Source: Deltaproteobacteria bacterium (GTDB lineage Bacteria; Myxococcota; JACRCW01). Taken from it: DNA of 64,000 bases. The translations under genes were made by a program, and so were the position numbers. The notes beneath the pieces were generated by a model. It was not told the DNA's origin. It was given only the letters and a program-made list of their open reading frames with translations, and searched no databases. Shown one piece after another: positions 29,225 through 39,807 of the stretch. Each line of letters begins with the position of its first letter. Position 1 is the first letter of the stretch. Location of the stretch: contig JACRCW010000085.1 in the NCBI GenBank assembly GCA_016218805.1, forward strand, positions 62,001-126,000, in the 5' to 3' direction.

Positions 29225-30403
29225 ATGCGGCGCGGTTGTGGGGTGTGGGGGTGGATGTGGCCGGTGTGTGTCGCCGTCGTGGCGGCGGGGTGTCCCGCGG
29301 CCTCCGGCGCGGGGAAGTCACCGCGCCCCCGCCTGCCGCCGCTGGTGGCCGTGACCACGGTGGAGCTGCAGGATGTGCCGGTGGAGATCACCAAGCCGCT
29401 GGACCTGCGGCCGCTCATGCAGGCGGACGTGGGCTCCAAGGTGCTGGGCTACCTGGACGCGGTGCTGGTGGACCGCGGAGACCGCGTGAAGAAGGGCCAG
29501 GTGGTGGCCGTGGTGCGGCCCTCAGATCTCCCGGACCAGCTGTCTGCCGCGCGCGCCACGCAGGCGCAGGCGGAAGCCAACCTGCAGCGGGCCCGCCTGG
29601 AGTTTGAACGCGCCCAGACGCTGTCCCGGCAGGGCGCCATCAGCCAGCAGCAGGTGGATTACCAGGCCACCGTGCTGCGCACGGCGGAGGCCGCGGTGGA
29701 TGCCACGCGCGCGCAGGTGGCCGCGCTGGGCACGCGCCTGGGCGAGACGCGCATCCTGGCGCCCATGGACGGCGTGGTCAGCCAGCGGCGGCTGGACCCG
29801 GGTGCGCTTGTGGGTGGCGCGGGCACGCCGCCCATCCTCACCGTGGAACGCGCAGACGTGCTGCGTGCGTTTGTGCCCGTCCCGGAGCACCAGGCGGGAG
29901 CGCTGGCCGTGGGACAGGCGGCGTTTGTGGAGCTGGACGCGCTGCGCGGGCGCCGCTTCCCGGGCAAGGTGGTGCGCATGGCGCCGTCCTTTGACGTGGC
30001 CAGCCGCACGCTGGACGCGGAGGTGCACGTGGCCAACGCGGACGGGGCACTGCGCGCGGGGATGTACGGCCGCGGCTCCATTGTCACCGCCACGCACCAG
30101 CAGGTCCCCGTGGTCCCGGTCTCCGCCCTGCAGGTGTCCATGCACGGGCGCCACGTGTTCCTGCTCAACGGTGACAAGGTGGAGCGGCGCAACGTGGAGA
30201 CCGGCGTGGACGGGGACACCTGGGTGGAGATCACCGCGGGCCTCAAGGGCGGCGAAGAGGTGGTGCAGGCCGGCGTGGAACTGCTCAGCGACGGCGTGCA
30301 GGTCCGCGTGTCCCGCCAGGTGGACCCCATCACCGGGCGGCCGCTGACGCCGCCACCGGCCCGCTCCGCCCAGGACCCCGTCCCCGCACCGACGACGCGG
30401 TGA
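29225..30403 (+). CDS. RND efflux periplasmic adaptor (MFP), lipoprotein
   Basis: Lipobox AAGC; VDRGDRVKKGQ lipoyl half, coiled hairpin, ILAPMDGVV, LRAGMY. Confidence 0.92.
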   Translation: MRRGCGVWGWMWPVCVAVVAAGCPAASGAGKSPRPRLPPLVAVTTVELQDVPVEITKPLDLRPLMQADVGSKVLGYLDAVLVDRGDRVKKGQVVAVVRPSDLPDQLSAARATQAQAEANLQRARLEFERAQTLSRQGAISQQQVDYQATVLRTAEAAVDATRAQVAALGTRLGETRILAPMDGVVSQRRLDPGALVGGAGTPPILTVERADVLRAFVPVPEHQAGALAVGQAAFVELDALRGRRFPGKVVRMAPSFDVASRTLDAEVHVANADGALRAGMYGRGSIVTATHQQVPVVPVSALQVSMHGRHVFLLNGDKVERRNVETGVDGDTWVEITAGLKGGEEVVQAGVELLSDGVQVRVSRQVDPITGRPLTPPPARSAQDPVPAPTTR

Positions 30404-30413
30404 GGAGGATGGC

Positions 30414-33400
30414 ATGTGGCTGACCCGCCTGGCGCTGCGCAACCCGGTGCTGATCCTGATGATGTCCCTGATGGCCATTGTGCTGGGACTGGTCAGCCTG
30501 CAGCGCCTCAGCGTGGACCTGTTCCCGGACATCAACCTGCCCGTCATCCGCGTGGCCACCTTCTACCCGGGCGCCGGCCCCGCGGACATTGAGAAGTCCA
30601 TCACGGAGCCGCTGGAGCGCGCGGTGGGCGCGGCCCCCGGTCTGGTGCGCATTGAGAGTTCCACCAAGCAGGGCCTCTCCACGGTCAGCGCGTTTTTCGA
30701 CTTTTCCGTGAACATGGATGCGGCGCAATTTGAAGTGCAGCAGCGCGTGGCGCAGATCCTCAACACGCTGCCCCCGGGCGTGCAGCAGCCGTTCATCCTG
30801 AAGTTTGACATCACCAACATCCCCGTCCTCCAGGTGGTGGTGGGCTCCAAGGACCTGGACGAACGCGAGCTGTACGACCTGGCCTTCAACGTCATTGAAC
30901 CGCAGCTGGAGCGCGTGCCCGGCGTGGCCTCCGCCACCGTGGGCGGCGGCAAGGTGCGCGAGATTGGCGTGCTGGCGGACCCCAACGCGCTGCGCGCCCG
31001 CGGCGTGGGGCTGCTGGACGTGGTGGGCGCGGTGCGCGCCTCCAACCTGCTGCTGCCCTCCGGCAGCCTGCGGACCGGCGTCATTGATTACAATGTGTTT
31101 GCCAACTCGCAGTTCCAGGCCGCGGAGGCCATTGAGGACGTGGTGGTGCGGCCCGCGGTCCCGGGCGTCCCCTCGTCACGCCCGGTGTACGTGCGGGACC
31201 TGGCGCGCGTGGTGGACGGCACCGCGGAACAGTCAGAGATTGTCCGCATCAACGGTGCGCGCGGCGTCTACCTGCGCGTGCTCAAGCAGCCCGGTTCCAA
31301 CACCATTGCCGTGGTGGACCAGGTGCGCGCCGCCATCAAGGCGCTGCGCGGCCTGCCGCCATCCGTCACGGTGGCCGTGTCGTTTGACCAGTCCAACTAC
31401 ATCCGCAACGCCGTCACGGCGCTTGGGCATGAAGCCCTGCAGGGCGGCCTGCTGGCCATCCTGGTGATCCTCCTGTTCCTGGTGAGCCTGCGCGCCACCG
31501 CCATTGTCGCCGTGGCCATCCCGCTCTCCGTCGTGGCCACCTTCATCCTGCTGTATTTCACCGGGCAGACGCTCAACGTCTTCACGCTCGGCGGGCTGGC
31601 GCTCGCCGTGGGACGGCTGGTGGATGATTCCATTGTGGAGCTGGAGAACATCCACCGCCACCTGCAGCAGGGCGGCAACCGGCGGCAGGCGGTGCTGGCC
31701 GCGGCGCAGGAAGTGGCCATGCCCATCCTGGTCTCCACCATCACCACCATCGTGGTGTTCTTCCCCGTCACGTTCCTCACTGGCGTGGCGCAGAACCTGT
31801 TTGTGCCGCTCGCGCTGACCATCTCGTTCTCGCTGATGGTGAGCTTCCTGGTGTCCCGCACGGTCACGCCGCTGCTGTGCCTGTTCATCCTCCGCTCCGG
31901 TCACGCCCCGCCGGCGGGCTTTCCCGGCCTGATGACGCGGGCACTGGCGCGCATGGATGACGCGTACGCCGCCGTGCTGCACGCCGTGTTGCGGCACCGC
32001 GCGGTCACCATCGTGTCCATCCTCGCGCTGTTTGGCGCCTCGGTACCGCTGTGGAAGCTCATTGGGACGGAGTTCTTCCCCGCGTCTGATGAGAGCCAGT
32101 TCTCCATGAGCTACCGCGCCCCCATGGGCACGCGCGTGGACCGCACCGTGCTGTTGGGCGCGCGCCTGGAGGAACGCGTGCGCACCGCGCTGCAGCCGCC
32201 GGGGGATGGACCGCACCCGGTCAACAACATGATGAACACGGTGGGGATCCCCACGGGCCGCACCGCGCTGTTCAGCGGCAACACCGGCCCGCACTCCGGG
32301 TCACTGAACATGAACCTGGTCCCCCCGTCTGCGCGCCCGTTTTCCGACGTGGAGGCCCTGTCCCGGGTCCGCGCTTCCCTCAAGGAGGATTTCCCCGGTA
32401 TCCAGGTGTTCTTCTGGTCCGGCGGCATCGTCAAACGGATCCTCAACTTTGGTTCCGGCGCTCCCATTGACGTGGAGATCCTCGGGTATGACCTGGAGGA
32501 GGGCGCCGCGTACGCGCGCCAGCTGCTCGCCCGGATGCGTGAGCTGCGGGACGAGGCCAATAACCCGCTGCTCACCGACGTGCAGGTCTCCCGCGAGGAC
32601 AACTACCCGGAGCTGCGCATCAACGTGGACCGCGAGAAGGCCGGCCTGCTGGGCCTCACCGAGCAACAGATCGCGCAGACGGTGCTCTCCAGTCTGGTGG
32701 GAAGCACGCAGTTTGCGCCCATGCAGCTGTCCGACCCGCGCACCGGCAACAACTACTTCATCAGCGTGCGCCTGGATGAGGCGCACCGGGATTCGCTGGC
32801 GGACCTGTCCGCCATCCAGCTGCGCGCTGCCAACGGCGCCATGGTCACGCTGGACACGGTGGCCAAGGTGGAACGCAGCAGCGGACCGGTGGTCATCAAC
32901 CGCAAGTACCTGCAGCGCATCATTGACATCACCGCGGACGTGGCGCCGGGCAAGGACCTGGGCGGGGCCACCGCCGCCGTGCAGGCGCTGGTGGATGAGC
33001 TGCCGCCGCCGGACGGCTTCACCGTCGGGCTGGGCGGCCAGAGCGCCGCGCAGAGGGAGGCCTTCAGCGGGCTCGGGTTCGCGGCGCTGCTGGCCATCCT
33101 GCTGGTGTACATGGTGCTGGCCAGCCAGTTCCGCAGCCTGGTGGACCCGCTGGTGATCATGTTCAGCGTCCCGCTGGGCGTTTCCGGCGTGGCGCTGAGC
33201 CTGTACCTCACGGGCACCACGCTGAGCGTCAACAGCTTCATGGGCATCATCATGATGGTCGGCATCGTCGTATCCAACGGCGTGCTGCTGGTGGACTTTG
33301 CCAACGTGCTGCGCCGTGACCACGGTCTGGACCTGGTGGAGGCCACCATCCGCGCCGGGCGGACGCGCCTGCGGCCCATCCTCATGACCACCATCGCCAC

Positions 33401-33623
33401 CATCGTGGGGCTGGTGCCCATGGCGGTGGGAATCGGTGAAGGCAGTGAAACCAACATGCCGCTGGCGCGCGCGGTGATTGGCGGGCTGGGCGTGAGCACG
33501 TTCTTCACGCTGTTCCTGGTGCCCGCGCTGTACACGGTGCTGGACCGCGTGGCGCGGCGCGCGCCGGATGCGGATGACAACGTCCCCGCCGCCGCGCACG
33601 CGGCGCCCGGCGCGTCTGTGTGA
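30414..33623 (+). CDS. RND efflux permease (AcrB/AcrD/AcrF family)
   Basis: LFPDINLP, NVFTLGGL, LVDDSIVELENI, NGVLLVDF, RLRPILMTT. Confidence 0.95.
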   Translation: MWLTRLALRNPVLILMMSLMAIVLGLVSLQRLSVDLFPDINLPVIRVATFYPGAGPADIEKSITEPLERAVGAAPGLVRIESSTKQGLSTVSAFFDFSVNMDAAQFEVQQRVAQILNTLPPGVQQPFILKFDITNIPVLQVVVGSKDLDERELYDLAFNVIEPQLERVPGVASATVGGGKVREIGVLADPNALRARGVGLLDVVGAVRASNLLLPSGSLRTGVIDYNVFANSQFQAAEAIEDVVVRPAVPGVPSSRPVYVRDLARVVDGTAEQSEIVRINGARGVYLRVLKQPGSNTIAVVDQVRAAIKALRGLPPSVTVAVSFDQSNYIRNAVTALGHEALQGGLLAILVILLFLVSLRATAIVAVAIPLSVVATFILLYFTGQTLNVFTLGGLALAVGRLVDDSIVELENIHRHLQQGGNRRQAVLAAAQEVAMPILVSTITTIVVFFPVTFLTGVAQNLFVPLALTISFSLMVSFLVSRTVTPLLCLFILRSGHAPPAGFPGLMTRALARMDDAYAAVLHAVLRHRAVTIVSILALFGASVPLWKLIGTEFFPASDESQFSMSYRAPMGTRVDRTVLLGARLEERVRTALQPPGDGPHPVNNMMNTVGIPTGRTALFSGNTGPHSGSLNMNLVPPSARPFSDVEALSRVRASLKEDFPGIQVFFWSGGIVKRILNFGSGAPIDVEILGYDLEEGAAYARQLLARMRELRDEANNPLLTDVQVSREDNYPELRINVDREKAGLLGLTEQQIAQTVLSSLVGSTQFAPMQLSDPRTGNNYFISVRLDEAHRDSLADLSAIQLRAANGAMVTLDTVAKVERSSGPVVINRKYLQRIIDITADVAPGKDLGGATAAVQALVDELPPPDGFTVGLGGQSAAQREAFSGLGFAALLAILLVYMVLASQFRSLVDPLVIMFSVPLGVSGVALSLYLTGTTLSVNSFMGIIMMVGIVVSNGVLLVDFANVLRRDHGLDLVEATIRAGRTRLRPILMTTIATIVGLVPMAVGIGEGSETNMPLARAVIGGLGVSTFFTLFLVPALYTVLDRVARRAPDADDNVPAAAHAAPGASV

Positions 33624-33625
33624 AG

Positions 33626-34027
33626 TCACAAAGACAGGGCAAGCCCGTACAACACGCCCAGCACCAGCATTTCGGCCAGGCCCGCAGCGAGCGAATAGGC
33701 GAGCGTGACCACCGGAACGCGGAACATCATCCACTGTGAAGCCGCAGACATGACCACGCGGAAGAACCAGACCAGCACGCCGAACGACACCCCCTTCAGC
33801 AGCCCGGTGTCACCGGGGAGGCTGCCCTGCAACAGCAGGAACACGCCGGCCAGCACAAACCCGTAGGCAAGATCGATGGCTATGCCCGCGACCGGGTTGA
33901 GCGAGGTCCGCGCGATGGGCGCGTAGAACTGATAAAGGCGGCGGGCGAGCGGATTGGCGTTGATCACGCCATCCAGGACGCCAAACAGGATCCCGCTGCC
34001 CACGCTGACGACGACGTAGGTCCCCAT
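33626..34027 (-). CDS. Small four-TM membrane protein of unknown function
   Basis: Four hydrophobic segments; clean ATG-to-stop ORF convergent on the RND gene. Confidence 0.75.
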   Translation of the reverse strand: MGTYVVVSVGSGILFGVLDGVINANPLARRLYQFYAPIARTSLNPVAGIAIDLAYGFVLAGVFLLLQGSLPGDTGLLKGVSFGVLVWFFRVVMSAASQWMMFRVPVVTLAYSLAAGLAEMLVLGVLYGLALSL

Positions 34028-34143
34028 GCGCGGTCAATTGATCATCCGCGCGCCTCCGGGCAAACGTCCTTCCGGGCGACGCAACGCTGCGGCACCTCGT
34101 TGGTCCGCGGATTGCTCGCCGCGATTGCCACAAGGAGGCCCCC

Positions 34144-34650
34144 ATGGAGGTCAACGAGCTGCCCGTCTACGACAAGTCCGACAACCCCACCGGCTGCTGC
34201 CCGCGATTCCACCCGGAAGCGTGGGACGACAAGGAGATACAGTTTGACAACAAGCTGTTCGTGCGCGCGTCCACGGTGAGCCTGTTCCACATCCCGCTCA
34301 ACATGAGCTCGGTGTTCAGCAGGACGTGGGGCGCCATTGAGCAGGCCCATGCAGACCGCGGCGCCTTCCTGGTCTTGACCCAGGACGAATCTCCCTGGCA
34401 CGCCGACCACCTGTTCTGCGTTGACCGCGAGATCCCCGGCGCGGACATGGTGCGCCTGACGGGCAACTACCTCACCAGGGTATTTGAAGGCCCGTATTCC
34501 GGCGTCCCGGAGTGGTGCAAGCAGATGGCGCACGTCGTCGAAGCGAAGGGGAAGCACCTGGAGAAGCTCTATTACTTCTACACAACCTGCCCCAAGTGCG
34601 CGAAGGCGTACGGGCACAACTACGTCGTGGGTTTCGCGCAGGTCGTGTAG
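34144..34650 (+). CDS. Conserved hypothetical 'bacterial hydrolase'/GyrI-like protein with Cys motifs
   Basis: CCPRF.P..WD, FEGPY, YTTCPKCAK.YG.NYVV; AAGGAGG RBS. Confidence 0.8.
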   Translation: MEVNELPVYDKSDNPTGCCPRFHPEAWDDKEIQFDNKLFVRASTVSLFHIPLNMSSVFSRTWGAIEQAHADRGAFLVLTQDESPWHADHLFCVDREIPGADMVRLTGNYLTRVFEGPYSGVPEWCKQMAHVVEAKGKHLEKLYYFYTTCPKCAKAYGHNYVVGFAQVV

Positions 34651-34801
34651 GGCACGGGGGGTGACGTCGACGAACGTCGAGTTCTTCGCTCGCACGCGCC
34701 GCACGCGGTGGCTTGGGATCACTGCTGAGACCGTGGAGGTCCAGCGCCCGTGACGCGCGCTTGCGTGCCACACGTGCGCCATTTTGGGCGGATTGTCGTC
34801 T

Positions 34802-34841
34802 CATACAGACGTCTGTATGCCTGTCCAAAGACGTCTGTATG
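34802..34841. promoter_or_regulatory. Operator-like perfect 18-bp palindrome plus a second partial copy 22 bp downstream
   Basis: CATACAGACGTCTGTATG at 34802-34819; AGACGTCTGTATG repeated at 34829-34841. Confidence 0.65.
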
Positions 34842-34923
34842 GGCTCCCACACGTGAGCTTCAGCCCTGAGCCCTCGACGACTCAGCGCAGCGGCCTCGAC
34901 GAGCGGGGGCGCGAGCGCTTGCG

Positions 34924-37920
34924 TCAGCCCTCCAGTTCGTCCGGGGGCGTGAAGCCGCGGCGCATGGTGTTCTCCGTGACCACGCGCGGGTCCATGAACT
35001 GCAGCAGGTAGTCCGGTCCGCCGGACTTGCTGCCCACCCCGCTCATGCGGCTGCCGCCAAACGGCTGCCGGAACACCAGCGCGCCCGTCGTGCCGCGGTT
35101 CAGGTAAAGATTCCCAACGCGGAACCGTTGGCGGGCCGCCGCCAGGTGCGCCGGGGACCGCGAGAACACGCCGCCGGTCAGCGCGTACCGCACCCCGTTG
35201 GCCATCGCGAGTGCCTCGTCAAAGTCCTTGGCCTTGGTCACCGCCACCACCGGCCCGAACAGTTCCTCCTGGGCCAGCGTGCTCCGGGGGTCCACGTCAC
35301 AGAACACCGTGGGCGGGACGTAGCAGCCCTTGAGGCTCCCCGGGACATCCTTTTCTGCCAGCAGCGTGTGCTCCTTCTTGAAACCCGCAATCGCCCGCAG
35401 CAGGCGCTCCTGGGAAGGCCGGTCAATGACGGGGGGCAGCTGCGTGGCGGGATGGCACGGGTCACCCATGACCAGGTCCTTCACCGCGGCGCCCAGGCGC
35501 TGGCAGAACAGGTCGTACGCCTCCTCCACCACAATCACGCGGCTGCACGCGCTGCATTTCTGCCCCGCGTAGCCAAACGCGCTGTACATGACGCCCAGCA
35601 CCGCCTCGTCCAGGTCCGCGTCCGCGTCAACAATGACCGCGTTCTTCCCGCCCATCTCAATGATGACCTTCTTGACGTTGCGCTGGCCCGGCAGCGTGTG
35701 CCCCGCGGTCTCCGCCAGGCCCAGGCCCACCTCCATGGAACCGGTGAACGCAATCATGTCCACCTCCGGGCTGGCCACCAGCGCCGGGCCCACCACGGAA
35801 CCGCGGCCGGGTACAAACTGCAAAACGTCCGGCGGCGCTCCGGCCTCCTGCAGGATGCGGAACAGGTGCGCGCCGATGACGGAGGACTGCCCCGCGGGCT
35901 TCATGATCACCGCGTTGCCGGTGACCAGCGCGGCGGTGGTCATGCCGCACAGGATGGCCAGCGGGAAGTTCCACGGTGCAATGACCACCACGACACCGCG
36001 GCCCTCATAGAACAGGTGGTTCAGTTCGCCGGGAATCTTCCCCATGCGGCGCGGCTTGCCCAGCCGCCGCATCTCCTGCGCGTAGTAGCGACAAAAGTCC
36101 ACCGCCTCCGCCAGGTCCGCGTCCGCCTCCTTCCACGGCTTGCCTTCCTCCAGGACCATCAGCGCCGCCAGCCGCGCGCGGTCCTGTTCCATCAGGTTGG
36201 CCGCCTTTTCCAGGACCCCGGCCCGAACATCCACGGGCGCGTCCACCCACTTCTCGTACGCCTTGCGCGCCACCTCCAACGCCTTCTTGGTGTGCTCCGG
36301 CTGCGCGGAGGCCACCTTGCCAATGATCTCCTCCGGGTTGTGCGGGTTGTAGGACGGCTCCCACTGACCGGTGGTGAGTTTCTCGCCGTTGATGACAATG
36401 GGGTGCTCCTTGCCCACCCAGTCCCGGCGCACGTCATCAATGGCCTTCTTCATCCGCGCCTGGTTGTCCGCCATGGCCAGGTCCAGGAACGCCAGGTTGT
36501 GGAACTCCGCGTTCACCGCCGCGCCGCCGGCCTTGCCGTCAAACGGCTCCGGCGCCTTGAGCAGCGTGGCCACGTCAACGTTGTCGTGGTGGCTGGCGCG
36601 CAGGAATGACTGGTTGGACGTGTTCTCCAGGAGCCGGCGCACCAGGTAGGCCATGCCGGGCAGCAGTTCACCAATGGGCGCGTACACGCGCACGCGCGTG
36701 CCCATGCCGCGGATGGCGCGCCGCGGGGGCTCCGCCATGCCGTACAGCATCTGCACCTCCACGGCCTTGTCCGGGACGCTCTTCTGCTTGGCCAGCGCCA
36801 GCGCCGCGGCCACGGAGCGCGTGTTGTGGCTCCCGAACGCGGGCCGCACGTGACGCCACTCGTCCATCATGCGCGCGCTGAGCTTTTCGTACATCGCGTC
36901 GGTGTGTTCCTTGACGGAGAACACCGGGCACGGCCAACCGCGCTGCGCGGCCAGCACGGTCTCGTAATCCCAGTACGCACCTTTCACCAGCCGCACGGTC
37001 AGCGGCGTCCCGCGGTTGCGCGCCAGGCGCACCAACCGGTCCAGGTCCGCGTCGCTGTCGCGCAGGTACGCCTGCACGACGACACCCAGGTGCGGGTAGT
37101 CCTTGAGCGCGCTGTCCATGCACAGGCGTTCAAACACGCGGTAGGTGGTCTCCCGCAGCGAAAACTGCTCCATATCCACGTTGACAAACACGTTGTTGGC
37201 GCGCGCCTTCTTCAGCATGGGCAACAACCGCGCGGCCAGGCGGTCAGCGCTGCCCTCAGGGTCCAGGCTGTTGAGGGTGGCATCCAGCGCGGACAGCTTC
37301 AGGGACACGTTCACGCGCGGGATCTTCTCGCCGTCCACGCCTTCGTCCACCAGCGGGTCCGCCGCAAACGTGGGCACCTCCTTGGAGAGCGTATCCACCA
37401 GCTCCTCATAGCGGTGCAGGTAATCCACGGATTCCTTGTCAGACACCGCGGCCTCACCCAGCAGGTCCACGGTGAACGCCATGCCGTCCTTGTGGATCTT
37501 CCTGAGCTCCTTGAGCGCGTCCTTGCCGTCCTTCCCGACGATGAAGCGCTCCGCCATCTGCTCAATGTTCTTCTTCATGGTGTTGGCGGCGAGCTTGCCG
37601 GTGAAGCCGCTGCCGCCGGCCATGCCCAGCGCCGCCTTCATCACCGCGGGCATCTCCAGGTCCTGCTGCAGCAGGTACTCCTGCACGTGCTCGCTGATCT
37701 GCTCGGCGGTGCGCAGTGACGGGAGCACGTCCACAAAGCGGAACATGTTCACCTTGAACTGCTCGTCCTGCATGGCCCAGTCCATGAGCTTGCCGCTCCA
37801 CCAGGACGTGTCAAAGATGCCGGGCGTCTCGCCCTTCATGCGCTCAAAGATTTCCTTGCCGAGCTTCTGGACCTGCTCTTCAAGGGGAGTACCGGGGCGG
37901 GGCGCGTTCTGGGACACCAT
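34924..37920 (-). CDS. putA: Bifunctional proline dehydrogenase / P5C dehydrogenase (no N-terminal DNA-binding domain evident)
   Basis: DLLGEA, VDMEQ, RLVKGAYWD, YLVRRLLEN; ALDH motifs PWNFP, FTGS, EMGGKN, GQKCSACS, EELFGP. Confidence 0.96.
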   Translation of the reverse strand: MVSQNAPRPGTPLEEQVQKLGKEIFERMKGETPGIFDTSWWSGKLMDWAMQDEQFKVNMFRFVDVLPSLRTAEQISEHVQEYLLQQDLEMPAVMKAALGMAGGSGFTGKLAANTMKKNIEQMAERFIVGKDGKDALKELRKIHKDGMAFTVDLLGEAAVSDKESVDYLHRYEELVDTLSKEVPTFAADPLVDEGVDGEKIPRVNVSLKLSALDATLNSLDPEGSADRLAARLLPMLKKARANNVFVNVDMEQFSLRETTYRVFERLCMDSALKDYPHLGVVVQAYLRDSDADLDRLVRLARNRGTPLTVRLVKGAYWDYETVLAAQRGWPCPVFSVKEHTDAMYEKLSARMMDEWRHVRPAFGSHNTRSVAAALALAKQKSVPDKAVEVQMLYGMAEPPRRAIRGMGTRVRVYAPIGELLPGMAYLVRRLLENTSNQSFLRASHHDNVDVATLLKAPEPFDGKAGGAAVNAEFHNLAFLDLAMADNQARMKKAIDDVRRDWVGKEHPIVINGEKLTTGQWEPSYNPHNPEEIIGKVASAQPEHTKKALEVARKAYEKWVDAPVDVRAGVLEKAANLMEQDRARLAALMVLEEGKPWKEADADLAEAVDFCRYYAQEMRRLGKPRRMGKIPGELNHLFYEGRGVVVVIAPWNFPLAILCGMTTAALVTGNAVIMKPAGQSSVIGAHLFRILQEAGAPPDVLQFVPGRGSVVGPALVASPEVDMIAFTGSMEVGLGLAETAGHTLPGQRNVKKVIIEMGGKNAVIVDADADLDEAVLGVMYSAFGYAGQKCSACSRVIVVEEAYDLFCQRLGAAVKDLVMGDPCHPATQLPPVIDRPSQERLLRAIAGFKKEHTLLAEKDVPGSLKGCYVPPTVFCDVDPRSTLAQEELFGPVVAVTKAKDFDEALAMANGVRYALTGGVFSRSPAHLAAARQRFRVGNLYLNRGTTGALVFRQPFGGSRMSGVGSKSGGPDYLLQFMDPRVVTENTMRRGFTPPDELEG

Positions 37921-38076
37921 GGGCGGCTTCCTCTGTACCCGCGCTGCACGCCGCGGGCGGCTCAAGGAGCGCCTCCGGTACCCCGTTGGAGCGCGCCCTG
38001 CAACGCCACGCTGACGACGTGGCAGACGCGCCATCGCCCCCGTCCACGTCTGCGGCGTGACCGCACCGGCCGCCGT

Positions 38077-38754
38077 TCACTCCACGTCGAGCGACGCCCC
38101 GTTGTCACCCGGTCCCAGGCGCAACAGCAGGTCCGCCGCCCGCGGGGCCCAGGTCTCCGGCCGCGCATAGGAGGCCGCCGACTCCGGCCAGCAGCGGCGC
38201 AACATGTCCGTGTCAATGATGCCCGGGTTGAGCGCCACCACCGCCACGCCGCGCGTCACGTCCTGCGCGGCCGCCGCGCTGAACCCCTCCACCGCAAACT
38301 TGCTGGCGCAATACGGTGCCACCCCCGCATCCGTGGACCGCCCCCAGCCCGACGACAGGTTCACCAGCACACCGCGCCGCCGTGCGTTCATGCCGGGGAG
38401 GAACGCGCGCGCCACGTGGAACACGCCGCGCACGTTCACGTCCACCACGCGCGCAAACTCGTCAACGGGCACCTCCCACACCGGCCGCGGGTCATTCATC
38501 AGCGCCGCGTTGCTCACCACCAGGTCCGGCGCTCCGCCCGCCTCCACGCGCGCGGCCCACGCGGCCACCGCCGCCGCGTCCGTCACATCCACGCATTCAA
38601 ACCGGTGTTCGCCTCCCAGCTCGCGCTGCAAGGCGTCCAGCGCCGTGCCGTCACGCCCGCACCCGTGCACCAGGTGTCCGCGCCGGGCCAGCTCCACGCA
38701 CAGCGCGCGCCCCAGCCCGCGGCTGGCCCCCGTGACGACGATGACCCGCCTCAC
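38077..38754 (-). CDS. Short-chain dehydrogenase/reductase
   Basis: TGASRGLG, SNAA, SSGWG, YCASK; GTGA overlap. Confidence 0.92.
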   Translation of the reverse strand: MRRVIVVTGASRGLGRALCVELARRGHLVHGCGRDGTALDALQRELGGEHRFECVDVTDAAAVAAWAARVEAGGAPDLVVSNAALMNDPRPVWEVPVDEFARVVDVNVRGVFHVARAFLPGMNARRRGVLVNLSSGWGRSTDAGVAPYCASKFAVEGFSAAAAQDVTRGVAVVALNPGIIDTDMLRRCWPESAASYARPETWAPRAADLLLRLGPGDNGASLDVE

Positions 38755-39722
38755 GCGCGGCCCAGGCGCTCCACGCTGGCCTCTTCCAGCGCGCGTGCGC
38801 TGTCTGTCTCGTGGGCGTGACCCAGCACGCGTTCGCGCAGGAACTTCTCCAGCCGCAGGTTGATGAGCTCCGGTTGCTCCACCAGCGCGCCGTGGCTGCC
38901 GGCGGGGATGATCAGCAGCTCACTGCCCGGGATGCGGTCATGCATGCGGCGGCTGAGCCACAGCGGCGTGTAGATGTCCCGCTCGCCGCCAATGACCAGC
39001 ACCGGCACCTTGATGTCACCCAGGATGTCCTCCGTGGTGTGCGTGCCCATGGCGCGCGCCATGTGCATGAACACGCGCAGGTCCAGCGCGGCCAGGTTCT
39101 CCATGTACGGCCGGATGTCATGCTGGTGGAACATGGCGCCGTTGACCATGCCCACCAGGCTGGCTGCCGGCAGCGTGAGGCTGCTGCGCGCGGCCAACGC
39201 CGTGACCCACTGGATGGGCCAGCGCACGCGCGTGGACACGTGGAACACCACGGGGAACACCTTCCCCACCAGTGACGTGTTGAAGAACGTGTTGATGGCT
39301 TTGCCATACGTACCCAGCAGCGGGATGAGCCCCGCCACGCGGTCATTGTGGCGGCGGTAGTATTCCAGGATCACCTGCACGCCCATGGAATGGCCAATGA
39401 ACGCGGCGCGGCGGATGCCCGCGTGCGCCATCACGGCGTCCAGGTCGTCGGCGTTCTGCTCAATGGAGAGTTCCTTGAAGCTGGCGGGGAAGCTGCTGTC
39501 ACCGTGGCCGCGGTAGTCCCACACCAGGACTTCGGCGCGGGAGCCGAAGTACCGCGCCAGGTAGTGCCAGAAGAACGTGCTGCACCCCAGGCCGTTGCAG
39601 CACACAATGGCCGGCCAGCCGGGATGCGCGTGGCCAAACACCTGCCAGGCAAGGCGCGCCCCGTCCGCCGTGACCACCGTGCCTTCACGCGTAGGGGGAC
39701 CAAACAGGTGCGGGTAGGCCAC
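38751..39722 (-). CDS. Alpha/beta fold hydrolase
   Basis: NGLG, WDYRGHG, GHSMG, GGERD, GSH; GGAGG RBS. Confidence 0.9.
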   Translation of the reverse strand: MAYPHLFGPPTREGTVVTADGARLAWQVFGHAHPGWPAIVCCNGLGCSTFFWHYLARYFGSRAEVLVWDYRGHGDSSFPASFKELSIEQNADDLDAVMAHAGIRRAAFIGHSMGVQVILEYYRRHNDRVAGLIPLLGTYGKAINTFFNTSLVGKVFPVVFHVSTRVRWPIQWVTALAARSSLTLPAASLVGMVNGAMFHQHDIRPYMENLAALDLRVFMHMARAMGTHTTEDILGDIKVPVLVIGGERDIYTPLWLSRRMHDRIPGSELLIIPAGSHGALVEQPELINLRLEKFLRERVLGHAHETDSARALEEASVERLGRA

Positions 39723-39807
39723 GTCTTCCTCCGTGCGCGTCCGTCAGCCCGGACGCCGCGGCGCACTCTATCGCACGTCGTCTGAGGCACCCACGCCCGG
39801 CGGGCGG

